14,976 bases of DNA from Octopus sinensis. Its lineage: Eukaryota. Of this stretch, positions 8,490 to 14,976 are shown in pieces. How positions within the stretch are numbered: position 1 is the stretch's first letter; each line of letters begins with the position of its first letter. The stretch lies in contig NW_021825653.1 in assembly GCF_006345805.1 (NCBI RefSeq), forward strand, positions 1-14,976, given 5' to 3'. Made by a program: the position numbers and the translations under genes. A model generated the notes under the pieces. It was not told where the DNA came from. It made no database searches and worked only from the letters and a program-made list of their open reading frames with translations.

Positions 8490-8675
8490 GTGGAATGCCG
8501 GTGACTTCCTTTTGTCTTAAACTTTCTTCTGTCTCCTGTTTCTGAAGAAGAGCTTTCCTTGAAACATAAAACACTCCTTCTTTCCTTCCCTGAGTGACTT
8601 ATTAGTACTTTGCATGTACCACGTCCATGCGTTGTTGATTTTTCTTGTGTTTTTCTTCGCTTTTGTTGATTAACT
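8490..8675 (+). mobile_element. (TA)n-flanked repeat island, probable Penelope-like element terminus
   Basis: Pyrimidine-rich island ending TTGATTAAC-(TA)n, containing a hammerhead-like fold at 8537-8573. Confidence 0.55.
8537..8573 (+). ncRNA. Degenerate minimal type-I hammerhead ribozyme motif
   Basis: TGTTT [stem I] CTGAAGA [intact core] AGAG-CTTT-CCTT [weak stem II] GAAA CA T A| AAACA [stem I, 5 bp]. Stem III reads ACAT, probably a CpG-decayed ACGT palindrome. Confidence 0.5.
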
Positions 8676-8683
8676 ATATATAT

Positions 8684-8698
8684 GTATTTCTATCTATC

Positions 8699-8752
<54 letters not shown>

Positions 8753-8764
8753 GCTATTATTTAT

Positions 8765-8830
<66 letters not shown>

Positions 8831-8836
8831 TATATA
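8684..8836. repeat. (CTAT)n followed by long (TA)n
   Basis: Direct reading of the sequence. Confidence 0.95.
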
Positions 8837-8838
8837 TA

Positions 8839-8950
8839 CCACATTGGACAACAAACCCCCAATAGACGTTATAAAGAAAAAGAAGGACGTGTCATTCGAA
8901 GTTTTCCTTCCTCAGTTGAGTACCAGATTATCTTCGCAATTTCGACTGAT
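8839..8950 (-). mobile_element. Unclassified (TA)n-associated repeat, family X copy 2
   Basis: Reverse complement ATCAGTCGAAATTGCGAAGATAATCTGGTACTCAACTGAGGAAGGAAAACTTCGAATGACACGTCCTT aligns with 5936-6003. Confidence 0.75.
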
Positions 8951-9744
8951 TATATATATATATATATGCATACAACATATGTATATGTTTATATGCATGT
9001 ATATACATATATGTCTGTGTATGTATATATGTGTATGTGTTTGAGTGTGTTTAAATTTTAACAGGTCGACGTTACGCTGAGGTTCCTCAGGTCTGAGTTT
9101 CTTTACCTGCAGATCATTTTCAAAGAGTAGTTCGGAAGTAGTCTGTAGATGACATTAAGTTCTTCTATTTCATCTATAAATACTTCGTTGCGTTAGCATC
9201 ACGTACTCTCTCTCTCCTTTCCGTTCTCTCTATCACTCCCACTTATCTAACACTTATATATAATTATGTTACAATATATTACATATATGTACAAAAATAT
9301 ACACTAGCAATATATATATAACTATATAAAACATATGTATGTATGTGTGAATGTGTGTGTGTGAATTTATTTCTTACTTTTGGTAACTTGTTTTGCAATG
9401 TTATTTCCGTTTGCATTCTGTATTAAACTTTTCTCTAGTTATTGTCAATTCTGTCGAAAAGGTGTCAATTAACGTATTTATCACACATCTTGATACACTG
9501 AATTATATAAAGCATATAAACCTTATTCTTAGGAAAAATAGAAATACATAAGAATATATACGCACGAGTGTGCATGCGTATTTCTGATTATCTGTGTATT
9601 GGTAAGAACTGAGATGTATAAGGGAATCGAAAGAAGGTTGTAAATAGTTATGTACTCTCTAAAATATTAGTAAATTGGCCACGGCGTGGAACTGGTGTTT
9701 AGTATATAAAATCTGAACAGGGCTTGCTAATTTTATCGTATCTC

Positions 9745-10248
9745 TAAGGCGACGAGCTGGCAGAAACGTTAGAACGTCGGGCGAAGTGCTTAGCGGTATT
9801 TCGTCTACCGTTACCTTCTGAGTTCAAATTCCGCCGAGGTCGACTTTGCCTGTCATCCTTTCGGGATCGGTAAATTAAGTACCAGTTGCATACTGAGGTC
9901 AGTTTAATCAACTTAATCCGTTTCCCTGTCCTTGTTTGTCCCATCTATGTTTAGCCCCTAGTGGGTAATAAAGAAATGGGTATTTCGTCTGCTGTTACGT
10001 TCTGAGTTCAAATTCTGCCGAGGTCGACTTTGCCAGTCATCCTTTCGGGATCGATAAATTAAGTACCAGTTGCATACTGAGGTCAATTTAATCAACTTAA
10101 TCCGTTTTCCTGTCCTTGTTTGTCCCCTCTATGTTTAGCCCCTAGTGGGTAATAAAGAAACAGGTATTTCGTCTGCCGTTACGTTCTGAGTTCAAATTCC
10201 GCCGAGGTCGACTTTGCCTTTCATCCTTTCGGGATAGATAAAATAAGT
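9745..10248 (+). mobile_element. Tandem SINE array: one full copy plus two head-less units (184-bp period)
   Basis: GGTATTTCGTCT recurs at 9795, 9979 and 10163. The A box (TGGCAGAAACG) is in the first unit only; the B box is in all three. The third unit is truncated at a (TACA)n/(TACG)n tract. Confidence 0.92.
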
Positions 10249-11164
10249 ATACATACATATATACATACGTACGTACGTACATAATGAGACTTACTCTTTT
10301 GAACAAAGGTGGATGAATAAGTAAATTAGTTAATGGTGAGATTTAAATACCAGATATGATTGCAAACTTCCGTAACGCAATACTTCGGCTCATTACTTTT
10401 CTTTTTGGTCTTATCTGTTCTTATTCTCACTGTTTTACCATTGGAATACATCAATAAATTGCCTGTTAAAGTTATGCCTTTCTACTCTCCCCGCCAGACA
10501 TGTCACTCTATATAAGAGTTAAAAACAAAACTAAACCGATTCCATAACCATATGTTCTTCAGTCAAAATTGCCATGGAATCTTAGTTTCACACACAATTA
10601 GAAGCAGAGAGCTAGTCGAAACGTAATTTATCTTTGCAAGCAAGTTGAAACTAAAATTATCACGTAGACGTTTGTCGCAAGTCGCAATTACAACTCATCA
10701 GCCATGTCTGCTTATTCGATAAGCACCAATTTTTTTTATTCTTTAATGCTTTTTCCCCTTTTCCTCATTTCTTTTCTCTCCATTACCGTTCTAAGGAATC
10801 ATTCAATTTTTAGCAGATAATTTACAGCAACATTTGTCAGTAATGAACAGGTTTTCTATCTTCTGCAGTCTTTAAGTCAACCTTGACCTACAGACGTGGA
10901 GTTGTCTCCCGAACAAATTACTCTTCACTCACTAATACCATTTTGTTCTTCACCGCATCATTAGGTCTAATTAACTTTTTAATGCCCCCAGCAATAAATA
11001 CGTTTACACTGATATGACTAAAATAATTTTGTTCTCATCATAATGCTATCCAATAATAAGCAAAACGTAAAATTTAACCCTTTTTACTCAATCTTTGTCT
11101 TTTTATTGCTATTTATGTTAGTCTTTAATAGCGGAACTTGAAGTACGTGAAGCTATAGATAATG

Positions 11165-11376
11165 GTCTCGAATTTTGGTACAAGACAGACATTTGGGAGA
11201 GATGGTAAGACAATTACATCGACTCCGGTGCTCAACTGGTTCGTATTTACTCCATCCCGAAAGAATGAAAGGCAAAGTCGACCTCGGCGTAATTTGAACT
11301 CAGAACGTAAAGACGGACGAAATACCGCGTAGCCTTTTTTACCCGACGTGTTACGATTCTACCAGCTCGCCGCCTT
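11165..11376 (-). mobile_element. SINE copy A (diverged tail)
   Basis: Plus strand GAAAGGCAAAGTCGACCTCGGCGTAATTTGAACTCAGAACGT...CCAGCTCGCCGCCTT is the reverse complement of the SINE head and core. Confidence 0.85.
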
Positions 11377-11394
11377 AATAATGCTATCAATATT

Positions 11395-11607
11395 CTTTAC
11401 TGCTCTAGGTACAAGACCGAATTTCTGGGGTGGGGTACCAGTCGATGAGATCGACACCAGTACGCAACTAGTACTTAATTTATTGACTCCGAAAGGATGA
11501 AAGGCAAAGTGGACCTCAGTAGAATTTGAACGCAGAACGTAAGGACGGACGAAATACCACGAAGCATTTTGCCCGACGTGTTAACGATTCTACCAGCTCG
11601 CCGCTTT
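11395..11607 (-). mobile_element. SINE copy B, flanked by a ~20-bp direct repeat
   Basis: Same head and core as copy A. Flanks are TTAATAATGCTATCAATATT (11375-11394) and TTAATAAAGCTATCAATATT (11606-11625). Confidence 0.85.
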
Positions 11608-12501
11608 AATAAAGCTATCAATATTAGCATATAATTATTGGGTTGAAAAATCCTTTGGACACAGAAAAGTCGAAAGCTGCCCTTTCTTTCAATCCAAAGT
11701 AATTTTTTAACCCAATATTTAGCCGCTTTTCTTTATAACTTTATCTACTTCAAGTTTCGTCGTTAAAACCGAAGTATTTCATGTCTCTTGTAGTTTCTAA
11801 ATTCTTACGATGCAAACAACATTCTTGTTCGTATTTTCTTAAGGCCTTATTCTTGAGAATATTCATTTAAATTTTACTTGGTACAAATAAATAAATATCA
11901 ACTTGTCCCCTGTAATTATTGTATCAGTTTTTCATGTTGCATCGCAATTTAACAAAACATTCCACGGGTTATAAATTTTCATGCTTACGATCGGGGACAA
12001 CATCTAAGAGAGCGCCTTTATGTTGGTGATCAGAGTAACACAGATACTCTGAGTTTTCTTGATAAGGATTTCCAGTGTACATATTTCTACAACTCATTAA
12101 CATAAAAAAATGCATTAATATATTAATGTTTCTCCATTCGATGTAAAGAAACAAACACTTTTAATTCATCGTTGTTATGTCGTCCAGCCATCGTCTTTGT
12201 GACAAATCATTACAGCGAAAAACTCTCTTTTTTTTACAAGTACTGCTAACAACCAAATGTCGCGAAACGACAACACCAACGAACTTTTGCTGCTGAATAC
12301 TGTTCGTCTTAATTTTGTGATGATAATGTTTTTGGTATTGTTAAAGATATGACTGCAGTGGTACTGTTCAGTAAATCTGGTTAACTAGGCTTCAGTTGGA
12401 CAATAGCATAAAGTTACGTGTTAATCATTAAATGATGAACCGTTAGTAACACAAGCAACAAACAGGACAAGCAGCAACGATAGAATATATTATATATAGA
12501 T

Positions 12502-12537
<36 letters not shown>

Positions 12538-12844
12538 ATATATATCACTTATTAGTTTCTAATCAGATTTCGTAGACCATTCTCTTAAACCTTGTCCTGT
12601 TCAGCTGGTTCTACAATAATCGTCTTCATGGAACGTAGAATTGGGACACTCTTGAACAGCGTACTGTCTACGATTGGGCAATACGGTTAGATAAGCTTGA
12701 AACTTGAAGTTGCCCACCTTTAACTCTTGTAGTCATTAAATTGTATATATATATATATACGTATAGATATATGTGTATATGTGTGTGTATATGTGTGTGT
12801 GCGTGCATTTGTGTATGAGAGAGAGACGGGGGTAGTGAGAGAGA

Positions 12845-13005
12845 GGTCGTGGCTTCACGCGAGCGCTCGTGATAGAAATTATCGCATCACAACTTTGAGA
12901 TCTCGGGTTCGATTTCACAACGCACTTCCTTCTGAAAATGTGGTTTGGCGTACCCACGGATGGATTTACACCTTGCAGGTAGGTGAAAACTGTGAGGAAG
13001 CTTTT
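12845..13005 (+). mobile_element. Highly diverged tRNA-like SINE head of a second family
   Basis: B-box-like GGTTCGATTTC at ~12908, followed by GGATTT...GAAAACTGTGAGGAAGC resembling a recalled octopus SINE body. Weak similarity. Confidence 0.4.
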
Positions 13006-13240
13006 TGGGTCGATTGTTGATTGTAATTCAGTGGATTAATAAGCTACATGTACGGTTATAGGGAGCTCAACTGATTAAATAATTAGCTTAATCATCGTTG
13101 AAAACGACGGAAGATCTTTTCTAGACACATTTGTTACTGTGTATATGACTGCCTATATGTAAGTATATATGTCTGAATACGCACATATATATAAACTGCG
13201 TATTTTTTAAAAAAGATTTTGTTATTAGGAAACAGAACTA

Positions 13241-13683
13241 GGATCTTTTCGGTTTGAACGGCATTTTTTTTAATAATTTCCACATAACTAAACACTTTTA
13301 AACTTCGTATACTGGTAGAATGTGTTTATAAAACATCTTTTGTCTCTTGACTTTAATGAAAAAATTCTATACTTTGTAAGATATTTGTTGTTTTTTTTCT
13401 TCAATTTCTGCCATTTCAACCAATCAATGACGTCTATTGGAGGTGAAAACATTCTGTGCCGTATGAATATGTCCCTCGTTTAAGAAACAGATTGGGTTTA
13501 TTTACATTTCTGAAGAAAAAAGATACCCTTCCCCCAGCCCTAACCCTAACCCTAACCCAACCCTAACTAACCCTAACCCTGTAACAGATTGAAATGCAAT
13601 AGATCGATACTAGGGTCATAATTATGGGTGATAATTTCATATGACACCGCTAGAAAAAACTGCCCTTCAAACCGAAAAGATCC
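13241..13683. mobile_element. Non-autonomous DNA transposon (MITE), 443 bp, 30-bp TIRs, 8-bp TSD; possibly Merlin-like
   Basis: TIRs GGATCTTTTCGGTTTGAACGGCATTTTTTT (13241-13270) and its inverse (13654-13683) have 2 mismatches. Perfect TSD CAGAACTA at 13233-13240 and 13684-13691. GG termini with an 8-bp TSD fit Merlin; hAT or P cannot be excluded. Confidence 0.9.
13538..13580 (-). repeat. Interstitial telomeric-type (TTAGGG)n tract inside the MITE
   Basis: Plus strand CCCTAACCCTAACCCTAACCCAACCCTAACTAACCCTAACCCT. Confidence 0.9.
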
Positions 13684-13896
13684 CAGAACTAATAATGAAT
13701 AAATCTAGGGCGGAAAATATAAATGGTACTTTGGTGTTTCTATATTTCTCTCCCTATATATATATATGTATGTATATATGAATGTATATATTTATGAATA
13801 TATGTGTGAATGTATGTGCGCTTGTTCCTCTTTACCTACACACATCGGCGCGTAGGAATATATAAGTATATGTTCATACATGCATACATACATATA

Positions 13897-14122
13897 TTTG
13901 GCTGTCCGGAAAGTTCGTGCCAATATTTAAAGGAAAGAAAAAGGTCAATAAATACTTGCCATTACATTTTTAATCAACCAAATATGAACCATTTTCTTCC
14001 ACAATGCGTCTCCATCTTTCCTTTAACTTGAAAAAGTCCTCTTCCCAGAATTGAGGTGCTTGTGGGGGGTAAGTCGAAAGGTAAGCTACTATTAATCGGC
14101 ACGAACTTTCCGGACAACCCAA
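13897..14122 (-). mobile_element. Mariner (Tc1/mariner) internal-deletion derivative, 226 bp
   Basis: 25-bp TIRs (13897-13921 and 14098-14122; TTGGGTTGTCCGGAAAGTTCGTGCC, 2 mismatches) flanked by TA. Minus strand 14056-13970 encodes PQFWEEDFFKLKERWRRIVEENGSYLVD*, the typical mariner transposase C-terminus (FY..GI.KL.ERW..V.E.NG.Y). Confidence 0.9.
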
Positions 14123-14419
14123 TACATATATACACATATATATACATGTATATATATATATATATATCCATATGTAGGCTTACATGCATACATATATACA
14201 TATATACAATATATCTACATATATACATACACACACAATTTACAAAAGAACGTCTAATAGTTTCGTGCTTTTGAGATACAATACATTGGCATATTTTTAT
14301 ATCATGTTATATAAATCTGCCAATTTATTGTATCTGTAAAGCATGAAATTATTAGCAGTCCATTGTAATTGTGTATAATGTTATTTATCTCTCACTGGAT
14401 GGAGTATATTTTTTGTTGA

Positions 14420-14442
14420 ACCTACTATATACATACATATAC

Positions 14443-14492
<50 letters not shown>

Positions 14493-14665
14493 ATATATAT
14501 ATATACATATATGTAAATATATGTATCTACCTATATATATATGCATATATACTGCTTATATAATATATATATATACATATATAATATATATAATACATAT
14601 ATATATGCATATATGTATATAACATATATATATGTACATGTATATATATATATGTACATGTTATA

Positions 14666-14702
<37 letters not shown>

Positions 14703-14725
14703 ATATATATATATATATATCTATT
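14420..14725. repeat. Long degenerate (TA)n/(TACATA)n microsatellite
   Basis: Direct reading. It explains ORFs 14371..14622 and 14541..14795. Confidence 0.9.
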
Positions 14726-14976
14726 ATACTATGCATACATTCAGATATACAAAACAGGTCAACGAAACGACAAAATAACAAATAAGTGTGCATGAAATCG
14801 ATATGATTTCGCCTTAAGAAAGAAACGGAGAGAATCAAACGTTTCGCACAGCGATCATTCATCAAAAATAGTAATGAATGAGAGTGAAAATCATTAAGTA
14901 AAAACAAAATACTGTTGATTTCAGAATAAAGTAAAATGGTAAATGACGATAAAAGTTCGCAGCACAGAGGTGTATA

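Noticed and set aside
1680-9130. Competing plus-strand all-phase-0 exon chain (1680-1736 RFLREILSAVYNKFAAYQT; 6443-6523 NSNDSDVLVSRYFEVTVNDILDKECVN; 9065-9130 VDVTLRFLRSEFLYLQIIFKE*)
   Set aside because: No recognisable homology. One donor is simply the start of a (GTAT)n microsatellite, and the last exon overlaps the minus-strand candidate. It shows how easily such chains arise by chance, which also weakens the minus-strand model.
9745-9835. SINE heads as genuine tRNA genes
   Set aside because: A and B boxes are present but I cannot draw a cloverleaf, and each continues into SINE body and tail.
10509-10562. TATATAAG plus TCAGTC as a TATA/Inr core promoter
   Set aside because: Spacing is ~50 nt rather than ~25-30, and such motifs are expected by chance in AT-rich DNA.
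10704-10820. 38-codon hydrophobic ORF (MSAYSISTNFFYSLMLFPLFLISF...) resembling a signal peptide
   Set aside because: The hydrophobicity is explained by a T/C-rich tract; too short, with no supporting structure.
12605-12685. Symmetric 81-nt plus-strand candidate exon (GSTIIVFMERRIGTLLNSVLSTIGQY)
   Set aside because: Good acceptor but moderate donor (GTTAGA), no phase-compatible neighbour identified and no homology recognised.
14739-14812. Minus-strand candidate exon with strong acceptor and GTATGC donor
   Set aside because: Two frames are open but neither joins the 12086 candidate in phase, and the donor abuts microsatellite sequence.
27-14907. ORFs in the supplied track as protein-coding genes
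   Set aside because: Most are translated microsatellites (YI, CV, HT, III runs). 5482..5676 and 5699..5890 are pieces of the dead RTE LINE; 8158..8394, 8286..8471 and 9744..9944 overlap SINEs; the rest show no recognisable domain.

Overview
AT-rich, microsatellite-dense eukaryotic non-coding DNA, intronic or intergenic. The repeat families look like those of an octopus (Octopus spp.); this is recognition from memory, not a database result. I find no confidently supportable host gene, and most ORFs in the supplied track are translated (TA)n/(CA)n/(AAT)n microsatellites. More than half the window is repeat-derived: (1) at least eight tRNA-derived SINE copies or units, including a 184-bp-period trimer and a head-to-tail pair; (2) the 3' ~840 bp of an RTE-clade LINE; (3) the 3' tip of an R4/Dong-like retrotransposon sitting in (TAA)n; (4) a decayed hAT transposase tail; (5) a mariner deletion derivative; (6) a 443-bp MITE with an 8-bp TSD and internal telomeric (CCCTAA)n; (7) a 305-bp palindromic element; (8) several short islands flanked by (TA)n. 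The most interesting signal is that three unrelated (TA)n-flanked islands each fold into a minimal type-I hammerhead-ribozyme-like motif with a palindromic stem III, as known from Penelope-like elements. The one at 7146-7189 has an otherwise intact core carrying the compensatory U3:A8 pair. All folds and alignments were done by eye.
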